Position numbers and translations under genes: made by a program. A model generated the notes under the pieces. The model saw only the letters and a program-made list of their open reading frames with translations, ran no database searches and had not been told where the DNA came from. Shown one piece after another: positions 25,143 to 37,300 of a DNA stretch of 64,000 nt. Each line of letters starts with the position of its first letter. Position 1 is the first letter of the stretch. The stretch is from Azolla caroliniana (taxonomy: Eukaryota; Plantae; Polypodiophyta): the NCBI GenBank assembly GCA_043228905.1, contig JBHGNT010000008.1, positions 10,106,001 to 10,170,000 on the forward strand, given 5' to 3'.

Positions 25143-27516
25143 CAGATGACTAACAAGTTGTAATAGGGTTTTTTTTTTACATGCAATTAATATAATTGTG
25201 TGATTTTACCAAAAAAAGAAAAAGAAAAAAGAGATACAGAAAGTTGTTCTGTTGTAACTGTCGGTAGGCGAAGATAGAGCTCGAGGTCGTTGCCTCCGAG
25301 TCTCTCTTTGTACCATTCCTCTCATAGTGATAGTTGGAGTCTGTGGGCTCCTGTGGTTTTCTCCCGATTAGGGTTTTCCACATAAACATTCGGTGTCGCC
25401 TCTATTGTCTGTGTAAGTGCATTGCTATTTTTGTTTATTTCTTCCATCGTGAGTTTGAGACTCGATTGTGGTGGAGTGCTATTCCGCACAAACTGGTATC
25501 AGAGCATGGAAGATCCATTCGGTGGCATGTTCAAGCTCACCGGCTCCAACTACCCAGTGTGGAAGTCAAAGATGAGGGACATGTTGGTGGTCAAAGATCT
25601 CTGGCTGTCGGTATAGTTCAGAGACAAAAGACTAGATAAAATCGATGCCACAAACTAGGAGGTGATGCACATGAAGACGAGGGCATACATTCGATGCTTA
25701 ATCAACATGAGCCTGTACAACAACTTCAACGAAGAAAGGCCCATGTGCTCTAGGAGAAAATCGGTACCATGCTAGAAAGGAAAAACACGGTGAATAGGGT
25801 CTCATTATTTCGGAAGTTAGGGAGACTCCGATACCAAGACGGTGTCATGAAGGATTTGCTTCACGATATAAAAATGAACTTATCCCATGCCTATTTTCAT
25901 ACATGAAAGCTCAAATGAGCGAGATGTCTATCATGCATCACATGTAATGCATGAATGCTAAATGGTGATCATGCATCACATGCATGTTTTGTACCCTCAC
26001 ATGCATTATATGCATGGGGGCACCTATAAAAAGAGGGGAATCAAGTAAGGAAGGGGGCAAGAGAAAGTTAGAGAAATAATATAATTACCAAACAAGTTAG
26101 GTCATTTGGGAAGAGGTTCGTGTTTCGAAGTTGGATTCAAGGGTTCGAATCTAGAGTTTTACGAAGAAAACTCGTATCTTGTATCAACATTGTACAGTTG
26201 GTAAAATCTTGTATTCTTAATATTAAAGCTTGTTCTTATCATATCATTTCAATTCTTCAATCATACATTGTCTCGAATCTAGAATTTTACGAAGAAAACT
26301 CGTATCTTGTATCAACATTGTACAGTTGGTAAAATCTTGTATTCTTAATATTAAAGCTTGTTCTTGTCATACCATTTCAATTCTTCAATCATACATTGTC
26401 TCTGTCTCTTATCTATGCTCGTCTCTCTCTCGCACATTACTTGTAAAATTCTTCTTCTTCCTATCCTTAATCTTTCTAACATCGTTTCACAAGCCTTATT
26501 AAAATTTCGCCAATTCCCTTTAACCTTAGTCCCTATGACTTCGCCGCACGAACCACAACTACCCCGACAACAGGTCCAGTATGGCGGAGCACATGAATGC
26601 CTTTAAGGGGCTAATAAATCAAAAAACCTCGTTGGAAGGACCTCTAGGTGATGAGGTACTCGCGTTGGTCCTACTTGGTTCCCTCCCAGATAGTTGGGAG
26701 GCGCTAGTTGTCACTTTTGGCAATGCTAGGCCGGAAGGAAAACACCTATCCCTAGCAAGGGTAAAATCAAGTTTACCGGATGAAGAAGCTTGCCGGAAGG
26801 ACATGGAACCGATCCGAAGGCCGTGGTTACGGAAGATGACCATAATCGGGGAAGAGGCCGGAGTCAGAGTCTCCAGAACCAGGAAAAGTCGGGGACGAGG
26901 TCGAACTCAAGGGGGAGGCCAAAGCTGGGGCACTTCTAGAAGAATTGCCGACACTTCCGAAAGGAGGAAGGAACCGATAATGTTGTCTCGAAGAAGGGTC
27001 CGAGCCGGAGGATTTTGGATCGGAAAGGAACATCGGCAATCACAACAAGCGAGGAAGAATCACTGCTCATCACCGAAGAGAGCGAGCCACATCTTGTCAG
27101 CGAAGAGACGACATGGGTGGTCGACTCCGGAGCGTCGTTCCATCTGACCCCCGATCGGAAATGCTTCCCATCGTATAGAGCCGGAGATCACAATTGTGTC
27201 CGGATGGGTAATGAAGGTGCATGCCGGATTGTCGGCATAGGAGATATGTGGTTGACTATGTCAACCGGGTGCAGATTGCTACTGAAGGATAACCGACACG
27301 TTCCGGAGGTTCGGTTGAACCTGATATCAGCCGGTCGGCTGGATGATGAAGGCTACACGGGCAACATCCGGAATGGAGTCATGAAGTTCAACAAAGGAAC
27401 CTCTTTTCGAACAAGACCACCGATGAGACGGAATGCACTGCTGGAACTTGTGCATACTGATGTATGCAACGTGGACACGAAGTCACATGCTCGGTTACAG
27501 TACTTCATGACGTTCA
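24867..27516 (+). mobile_element. Copia A (Tork/Tnt1-like): 5' LTR 24867-25490, PBS-Met, gag-PR-partial IN
   Basis: TGGTATCAGAGC at 25494-25505; MEDPFGGMFKLTGSNYPVWKSKM; LLGSLPDSWE; WVVDSGASFH; LELVHTDVC. Confidence 0.88.
25843..26569 (+). mobile_element. Solo LTR inserted in copia A gag; internal 128-bp tandem duplication at 26145-26402
   Basis: TGTCATG...CCCGACA; flanks ACGG/ACAG; removal restores QDGSSMAEH; second copy at 31414-32036. Confidence 0.88.
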
Positions 27517-29627
27517 TGTTAGGAATATGTCCCTCCAATGGGAGGAGCCGATTAGTCGGAGAGAGCCGACAGTCGAAGACAGGGAACAACCGACTGATTG
27601 GATGAGAGCTGACAGTTGAGGAGTCGACTTAGAGAGAGTTGATCGAGGTCGAAGACACGACTGGCTAGTTAGGCCAACCGGATGGTCAATGACCAGGCTG
27701 ACTAGTCGGACCACCCCGGTAGTTGATGAATGAGTTGGCTGATATAGTAAGACTATTATTATTATTATTGGATAATAATAATGACCATGATTGTAAATAG
27801 CCCATTCTATGTATTAGTATAAATACACCTAGGGCAAACAAAACATACGTGAGATAGATGTGTGATCCTCTGTAGTGTAACGCAATCGTGAGGAGTGTGT
27901 GTGAGAGCAGGAGAGAGTGAGCGGCGCCATAGTTGTGTTTAGTAAAAACATATGCCAAGAGCCCTGAGAGGGTGTTTAAGCTGTGTGTAGGGAGAGTGTT
28001 GTACTCTGATCTCGTTGTTGTATATCCAATGTATAGTGAAGCTCCGTTCTCTGTGGTTTTCTCCCGCTTTAGGGTTTCCACGTTAAATCTGTGTATTTCA
28101 GCATATTCCTTTTCTAGCGGATTGACGATTCGTTTCTCAACAAACTGGTATCAGAGCTTGAGGTGTAAGGATGGAAGGAGGTGTGAGTGGCTTCCTAGGA
28201 ATGATCGTTCTAAACTCTCAAAACTATGTAGACTGGAAGATAAAGATGGACTTAGACCTTCTCATAGTCAAAGACCTGTACGAACCGATAGACAGAGTAG
28301 AATACCCACAGGGGTATTAAATTCGGAATGGAAACTTCTTAACAGAAAGGCAATGGCCACCATCCGACAATGCGTCGATGTAAGTGTCCTTCAGCATGTG
28401 GTGAACGACACAATTGCCCACAAGATGTGGCAGACACTGTTAGGTCTATATGAGAGGAAGAACGCCCTCAATAAAACCTCATTGATCAAAAAGATCGTAC
28501 AACTGAAATACAGAGACGATGAGAGCATCGTCAAACACATCGGCACATTCATGGGGTATGTAAATCAACTTGATGCAACCAAGTTTCCCCTTCATGATGC
28601 TATGCAGGCCATCCTGCTGATGTGCACACTACAGGATAGTTGGGAGAACCTGGTGGTTACTCTCAACACCTCTTGTTAAGAAGAGAACTTGTCTTTACAA
28701 GTGGTGAAGACAAGCATCCTAAATGAGGAAGCGAGAAGGAAGGACAAGGGTGTCCTAGTCCAGTCAGAGTCAAATTTGACTCAACCCATCGGCAAAGAAA
28801 GGAACCAACAAAGAAGTCCACCAAGGAGAGAAAAGTCTCAAGCCAGGTCGAAGTCCAGAGGAAAGCTCATGTGCTTTGATTGTGGAAAGCCTGGACATTT
28901 CCAGAAGGACTGCCGACACCTCAAGAAGGAAAAGAGTGTTGGTAATAATGTCGAAACTAGGAAGATTCCTGAAGAAAAGAACACTTCAACCATTGCTACG
29001 AGCAATGAAGAACTCTTGTTCATTTTTTAATGCACTTGGGTGATAGATTCCGGTGCATCCTTCCACATAACTTCGTCGAGAGAAAATTTCTCGACTTACA
29101 TAGCTGGTGATCATGGTTATGTAAAGATGGGTGACAGTGGGGAGTGCAAGATAGCCAGAATCGGAAGTGTCTGCCTAACAACGTCGACAGGGTGTCGACT
29201 CACTCTGAAGGATGTTCGACACGTCCCTGATATCAGATTGAATCTGATATTGACTAGAAGACTGGACGACGAAGGCTACAATGGTAGTTTTCGGAATGGC
29301 AAGTGGAAGTTCTACGCAGGAAATCTTATAGTGGCCTGAGCACAAAAGGAAAGCACATTATATATGATGCAAGCCCGACTGTGCAAGTCGGAAGTGAATG
29401 TGACAACCGACTCGGTAGGACAGATATGGCATAAGAGGCTAGGCCACATGAGTGAGAAGGGACTGCATCTGTTGGCTGACCAGAAGCTTCTACCAGAAGT
29501 AAAGGGAGTGCACCTAGAGAAGTGTGTCGACTGCTTAGTCAGAAAGTAGAACAGAGCAGCATTCCACACACGACCACCAAGAAGAAGAGAAGCTGCACTG
29601 GAACTGGTACACACGGATGTGTGTTAC
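27517..29627 (+). mobile_element. Copia B (related to A): 5' LTR 27517-28142, PBS-Met, gag-PR-partial IN, 3' truncated
   Basis: PBS at 28146-28157; LNSQNYVDWKIKM; CFDCGKPGHFQKDC; IDSGASFH; [12 protein letters not shown]; ELVHTDVC. Confidence 0.88.
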
Positions 29628-29984
29628 AATGTGCTCAGTGAGCACTTTTATACAAGTCCTTAAAAGGACTGACAAAAGTATTGACATGTACTTCAATGCT
29701 CGTACCGAGTGACTGACACTAACTCCTAAAAATATGCCTACATACTAGGCTAGGATTGTAGGCCTCTAATAGCCTACTGGTTACACTTTGATCTGGACAC
29801 TAATCTGGCTCTCCGTTCTGGACACCGATCCAGCTCTAGGCTTATTCATCCGATCTGGACCATGTTTAGCGTGTCCGCTCAATAAAGGGTTTTGTGTGTG
29901 CTCGCCAAAAAGTTGTGCTTGTTCTGTCTCTGCCTATTTTTCACTACAAGTACAAACAACAACCTTCTCCCTCACCCTCCAACA
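29628..29984 (-). repeat. Partial copia LTR related to the 34370/39573 and 11281 LTRs
   Basis: Shares TACAAGTCC...GTACTTCAATGCTC...ACACTAACTCC; TGTTG terminus at 29984. Confidence 0.75.
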
Positions 29985-31413
29985 AGGTATATGTAGTTGA
30001 CAGGTTTGCCAAGTGTATTGTATACCTCACAATAGGATTTGATTTCAAATTTTGAAAATTCTAACTTGGTTTAAAGATTATAGATGGGTTAAATGTAGAT
30101 CACAATGGGTTAAAAAAATCTAGCCAGGTTAGATGCAGATAATAGGGTTAGAAATTATTGGTTGTGTCCGAAAATTTGGTTGATTTAGAAAATAAATGGA
30201 CTATGTTAGATGTAGATAATCAGGTTAAAAAATAAATGGAACGGGTAAGATGTATGCAACCTAGCTAGAAAATATATATCAGTCATGTGAGGACAAATAG
30301 GTTGGGCTGGAAAACATATTGTTTTGGTTAGAATAAATGGGTTAGGTTTGAAAATATTTTAGGTGGGCTATAAACATTCGACTAGGTTAGAAATGACAAA
30401 AAATAGAGACAACGTCTAATTAGAAATGATAGAGGGATGATAGAACAAGGTTAGAAATAAAGGTCCTACTTGCATGCTTTTACTAAAAAATGATCTATGA
30501 GTGTAGATTTGAAACTAATCCTAAAGCCATCCTTGCACTGTTGGTTGTTGCAATTCCCTCATCTCCCCTATTTAATATTTAGGAGAATGTGGCTCTCCTT
30601 ATGCTATAATAAGCTTCTTCATTAAGCTTTCACTTGTGTAGCACACTCTTCAATGCAAATGGCTCTTCTCTAATAGTATTATGAGATAAGACTCATTCAA
30701 ATTTTGAGCTCCAATCCCACTCCTTACAATGATATACATATCTTTCATGTTCCATGAAAACTTTGTTGAAATAGGCTTATCAACATTGAGTTATGATGTT
30801 TGATCATTATTTACTATTTTTCATGCATTACATTGTATAGATGTAGTTCATAAAGAAAAGAACCAACAAACAACTAATGCAATGTTGTCTTGGAAAATAC
30901 CATCAAATTTTGAAAATAAGATCAGTATAAATGAAGAGTTACATGTGTGTGAAGAATCCGTTGGGGAAGGATGAACCTAAGACAAAAAAATTCTACTACT
31001 AAAGAGATAACTAAACTAAAAACAAGGTCAACACCACCATGAAGCTCAAGTATTTTGTTGATAAAAAAGAATTTGTTTTTTGATAACATGTCAAGATTTA
31101 TGAGATTTGTTTGGTTATGGTAGTGTATATGTATATTGATTATACATCATATCGATGGGGGTATGGAAGGTATAAGTTCTTCTACATCTTTAGCAAGCAT
31201 CAAATAGTTCACTATATTGTTGTTTGATGCTCGTTGTGTTTACTATATATTTGCAATGTGCATGCCATGGCCCTCAATAAATTGGTTATTTTTGGTTGAT
31301 AAGTTTTCCAAATGGTAAAGGTAGAGTTGCACGTGAAAAAACTAAAGAAATGCTATATTATGGATGCCTTGATGCTAAGTCGAAATTGGTTGGATAAGCC
31401 ATTGACGATACGT

Positions 31414-32036
31414 TGTTGGGGTAGTTGTGGTTCATGCGGCAAAGTCGCGGGGACTAAGGTTAATGGGAGTTTACGGATATTTTCATCAGGCTTGTGCGGC
31501 AATGACATAAAGATTAAGGATAGAAGGAATAAGAGTTAAAATAATGTGCAAGAGAGAGACGATGAGAGATAAAGACAATGTATGATTGAAGAGGCAAGAA
31601 AATATGATAAGAACAAGCTTTATATAAAGAATATAAGATTTTACCAAAGATATAATGCTTGATTGTAAGATGAGGCTTTTCTTTTGTGAAAACCCCGGCT
31701 TTGAACCCTTGACTTCACCATCTAAACAGAAAACACTTCCCAAATGAGCTAACTTCTTCTTATTGATTTTATTTTATTTTATTTTCCCTTGATTCTTTGA
31801 TTGTCCTTCATTCATTTATAGGTGCACTCAGGCCTATTAGGATGTGAGGGTGCATGGCATGCATGTAATGCATGTGATGCATGATAGTCATCCTGCTCAT
31901 CAGCTCCCATGTATGAAAAAATGATGATAACTATAGAGAAAAACTTATCCTAATGGTTTATACTTGGTGTATAAGGTTATGGGTTTCAAACAATATTCAA
32001 GTTTATTTTATATTGTAAAGCAAATCCTTCATGACA
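31414..32036 (-). mobile_element. Solo LTR, same family as 25843-26569
   Basis: Reverse complement begins TGTCATGAAGGATTTGCTT and ends AACCACAACTACCCCAACA; flanks ACGT/AAGT. Confidence 0.85.
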
Positions 32037-32973
32037 AAGTCATAAAATTTTGGTAATGATATTTGAATTGTAATATTGATGGGGCATGATGTTCCTAATT
32101 TGATTCATGTACATTTTATTGCCCATATATGCCCGGGTTCATATATCAAAATAAACTTTTGGGAATGATATTTGAATTGTTGATGGGGCATGATGTTCCT
32201 AATTTGATTGATGTGCATTTTATTGCTCGTTACAAAGCATTAGTAATTGCAAATGTATGTAAGTATATCCTTGCACTCATGCTTGTTGAGAATGTTGTAA
32301 ATGAAGTTTCGTCATGGGCTAATAACTCTACGAGAAATCATCTAAAATTATGCAATTGGTTGGTCACACGTCATTGCAAATTTACATTATTTGATGGTTT
32401 TTAGGTTGACAATGAAAGATTAGTGAATTTAATGCATGTTGTTAAATGACTTGAATTAATTTTTGTGGTTTGTTAAAAGCCACGTCTCTCATCTGCATGA
32501 AGTATATATAAAGGCCCATGCATGCATCATTATCATGCAAAAGTTAGTGAAGTGAGGGCTATATATATAAAGGCACCCTTAGTCATTTAAAAAGTATGAC
32601 CACCAAGAGTTGTAGGCTTGTGAGATTTGAGAGAATTAGAGAGTTGGGAAACACCATTTTAGAGAATTCTTGTGAGAGAATTGTGAGGTTATTCTCTTGG
32701 GTGTTGGGTTTAATTAGAGAATAATTTCTCTAATTGTTGTAAACTCTCTGTTACATTTTCTTATAGTGGAATCACTCTCCTTTCCGTGGACGTAGGCTAA
32801 GTTAGCCGAACCACGTAAATACTCGTGCCATTTATTTCTCTGCTCCTATATTATCATATTATTGTTTTCTATTTAATCTAATGTACTATTTGATCTGAGT
32901 GTCATCCTAACAAATTGGTATCACAACCCTAGTTGTTAGTACATTAGTTTTGGTATTTTCTTGTTAACTCAAG

Positions 32974-33759
32974 ATGTCGACAACAAAATTTGATGTCGAG
33001 AAGTTCGATCGAAAAATCAACTTCTCTCTTTGGCAAGTAAGGATGCACGCGATCCTTGTGCAGAACGGAGCTCAGAAGGCTTTAGATGTAAGGCCCGACG
33101 GTATGATGGACACCAGGTGGGAGGATATAGACGAGAAGGCCCGCTCAGCGATTCAACTGTCTTTGGCAAATGAAGTTTTGCGGGAGGTAATCTCTGAGAA
33201 GACATCGAAGGCACTATGGGAAAATTTGGAGTCTCTCTATCTGAAAAAGACTCTGACGAACAAGCTTTATAAGAAATAGTGCTTCTATTCACTACGGATG
33301 AGTGAAGGTACATCTCTCAGTTTTCATATTGATGAGTTTGAATCTATTCTCATGGATTTGCAAAATCTCGATGTTACTATTGATGATGAAGATAAGGCAT
33401 TATTGTTGTTGTGTTCATTGCCCCATTCATATAGACATTTTAGAGAAACTATGTTGTATGGGAAAAATACTATTTCTCTTAAAGATGTTAAATTTTCTTT
33501 GGAAACTAAAGAAAAGATTGATCATGATATCACTGGACAAACTAGTGATAGTCAGGCACAGGGTTTATATGTAAGGGGTAGATCTAAACAAAAAGGGAAC
33601 AATAGAGATAGGCCTAAATCTAGAACTAAATCCAGAAGTAGATATGTTGTGTGTTGGCACTGTAAGGAACCAGGCCACGTTCGCAAGAATTGTGATAAGT
33701 TGCAGAGAAAAAAGAATACTCCACAAGATAAAAATGAGGATGCGGGTAAAGCTATTGTT
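32974..33759 (+). pseudogene. gag: Copia C gag
   Basis: MSTTKFDVEKFD..NFSLWQVRM, LLLLCSLP.SY, CWHCKEPGHVRKNC; one internal stop. Confidence 0.92.
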
Positions 33760-34369
33760 CCCGGGGACTCCACTATATATAAGAGCATTGTATCACGTGC
33801 ATTCATGACATCATTTATAAACCCCTTATATGTATGGTTTTTACTATTTTAGTGACCCTTTTGTAGAAAAAAGATTAATAAAAATACCCCTTACTACCAA
33901 TATATTATTTGATAACCACCCATTTTAAATACCCTTCCATATAAAATATATATGCACACATAGTTTCGAATCCTAGAAGGGATCAATGACCAACTTTACA
34001 ATTGATGACTCGCAAAATTATGAATGAGCTTTTAAACATCATATGCAATTCCTAGAAATGCTTCATCAAGTGCCACATAGATTGAAAACACAATGTGTAA
34101 AGTAGAAAGTAATGTACACACAATTAGGAAACATTACCCAAAAATACTAGAGGTATAACATATATAAGCCACATATAAGTTTTTCTTTTAGCTTATTGAG
34201 ACATATGAAGAATATCGAGTGATAAAAAACAGTGTAATTTACAATAAAACAATCTTGAACTTGAGATATATATCTCAAAGAGCACACATGGAACAATCCA
34301 AAATGCATATCAATAATGAAATTACTAACAAATTAACATTATGTTTGGTTTCATGGATAGACTCATATG

Positions 34370-37300
34370 TGTAGAAAGTAGCGTGCGGAAGCAAGTATAA
34401 AGAGAGAACAGAAGGAAGAACACTCAGGTTTAATGGAGAGCTTGAGCTTACGCAGTATACGCGGGAGAGACCGAGAGAGTAAGAGAGAAGACACCAAAAA
34501 GAGAATATATTCAAGAAAGACAAAAAACAATACATATATGTGTTCAATGAACACTTTGTACAAGTCCTAGAAGGACTAACCGAAGTATTGACAGTACTTC
34601 AATGCTCATTAAGAGCTCCTACACTAACTCCCAAATATATTCCTCATGGAATATCTTTCCTAACGGCCTAACTGATCCGTCCCAACCGATTCGGTCCTCG
34701 GCTTCTTCAGCCGATCCGGCCGATATTGAGCTTGTCTCTCAACACTCCCCCTCAAGCTCAACTTGAGGCTCTTCGGGATCTTCACAGCTCCGGTTCCTCC
34801 TGGCTTCACGCCTCGCTCGCGCTCCTCGACCTGTTCGACTCCGTGCGATTCGACCCTTCCGGTTGGCTTGTCTGCTCATGTGGCCCTTATCAGCTCTTCT
34901 GCCGTTGCGGTGTCGACACTTCTTCTGCTGCCTTTTCTTCCGCTTGGGCCTCGGTTGATTCAACGTGTCTGAATCAAACATCCGAACCGACTCGGCTACC
35001 TCCGATCGGTTTTCGCTCTCGTCCGAGTTGGCTATCTCCAACTGGTCTTCGGTCTTCTCGCCCTCGATGGCGTCATCTCCCCCATGCGTGGTTGGCTTCG
35101 GCTCTCTCCTTCGGCTGCTCCCCTTCTGTCCGCTTCTGGACTTTTCCGCGGGTTCGCCCTCGGCTTCTTCAGCCGATCCGAAGTCGAACTCGACAACTGA
35201 CAGCCTTGCTTGGTCGTTCGGGACTGTTCTCCCCCTCAAGTTTGGCACGTCGAGGTGACGCAATCCGAGCGCACCTGAGAATTGCCGCAACTTGTCCAGA
35301 CCAAGAGGCTTTGTGAAGATGTCGGCACGTACTAAAGTTCGACTTCACTGGAAAGGACACGCTCACGGACGAAATGGTAGTGCACCTCAATGTACTTGGT
35401 CCGTGCGTGGAAAACGGGGCTCTTCGCAAGCTGGATGTTGCTGAGGTTGTCGCAGTAGATCATCGTCGGATCTGACACCTCTGCTTGCAGGTCCTTAAGT
35501 AGCCGCTTCAACCATATGGCTTCGCATGTCGCGACAGCCGCTCCTCAGTACTCAGCTTCGGTGCTCGACAGTGCAACTGTCGGCTACTTCTTACTACTCC
35601 ACGCGATCGCGACACTCCCGAGGGAGAACGCGTATCCGGACGTGGATCGGCGATCAGCGGCGTTGCTAGCCCAATCAGCATCGGTGTAGCTGACTAACTG
35701 CGCGGCTGCACCGGTCCGATATAGCAGTCCGCGGTCCTTAGTGCCACTTACGTACCGCAATACGCGTTGCGCACATTGAAGGTGCTCCTTGGTAGGTCGC
35801 ACCATGAACTGACTGATCACCCCGACCGGATAACTGAGGTCGGGTCGGGTGATTGTCAAGTATATGAGGCTTCCGACAATTTGTCGGAACCTCGTCGGGT
35901 CGCATACCTCTCCCGTATCGGGACGAAGCTTGATGGTTCTATCCAGAGGAGTCGAGACGGACTTACAGTCGGCCATCTCGAGTTTGAAGAGCATACCCAG
36001 CACGTAATGACGTTGGCTGATCAATATGCCTTCGGGGGTATGGATCACTTCGATCCCGAGGAAGTCATGAAGGTCCCCCAGATCCTTCATGTCGAACGAT
36101 GCCGCAAACTGGAGCTTCACGCGGTCGATTTCACCTAGGTCGGTGCCGGTGATGACCAAGTCATCGACATATAGTAGAATACTAACCGGTCCGAGTCGAC
36201 CTTTCTGGATGAACAGGGAAGAGTCTGATTTTGATGTGACGAAGCCCATCCGACGCAGTTGTTGCGTGATCTTCGCGTTCCAGGCACGCGGGGCTTGCTT
36301 CAGTCCGTAAAGGGACTTCTTCAGTCGGCATACTGTTGAGGAGTTCGTTCTGGAGTGAAATTCGGGGGGCTGTACCATGTACACCTGTTCCTCAAGGTCA
36401 CCTTGCAAGAACGCATTGTTTACATCTATCTGATGTAAGTGCCACCCCTTCACCGCAGCTACTGCGAGCAAAACACGGACGGTCGTCATTTTCGCGACCG
36501 GCGCAAATGTCTCATCGTAGTCGATGCCGTGTTTCTGCGCGTAGCCCTTTGCCACTAGCAGAGCCTTGTACCGGTTGACTGAGCCATCGGTGTTGTACTT
36601 GACTTTGTACACCCACCTACACCCGATCGGTTTTACCCCTCTTGGTGCGTCAACCAGGTCCCAGGTCTCGTTCTCCGCCAATGCGTGCATCTCTTCCTCC
36701 ATCGCGGCACGCCAAGTCGCGTCTTTAGATGCTTCTGTGTAGCTCTCCGGCTCACGCACTTCCGCTACACGGGTCATGTACGCATAATGATGCGCCATGT
36801 ACTCGTTGTATCCAAACCGCAAAACAGGATCCTTCTGTTGGGTAGATCAGCGTAATCTCGCATTAGCCGATGTCGAGGCCTTCTCGATCGACACAGACTT
36901 CACTTTTAAAGACCCGTCACCGGTTCCCTCGGAGTCGGACTCGCGTCGGTCTGACTCGTTCCTATCCGTGCCAGAATCCGACACCTTCTTCTTCCCTTTC
37001 TCTTTGCGTGTAAGCCGTCTCCTCAGCTTCCTGCGCGGGGAATGCACGACCGAGTCTCCACTACTCGCCAGCTCTTTATCAGATTGGTCATACCAACTCA
37101 GTCGTCCAATCGATCCACTTAACCGGAGTGAAATCGAACTCTCTTCGCGGATCTTGATTTCAGGCTCATCCGGAGGCATCTCGGCCTCGCTGACCTCATC
37201 GTCAGAGCTTGGATTGGAGTTGGGGTTCGTAGTCGGGGGCAGGTACCAGGACGCGGACTCGTCAAACACAACGTTGCGGCTGCCACGCGCTTGTTTGGTG

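Noticed and set aside
32125-32145. CCCGGG followed by TTCATATA, resembling the flank of 49351
   Set aside because: Wrong order for a TIR/TSD pair and no further terminal similarity; likely chance.
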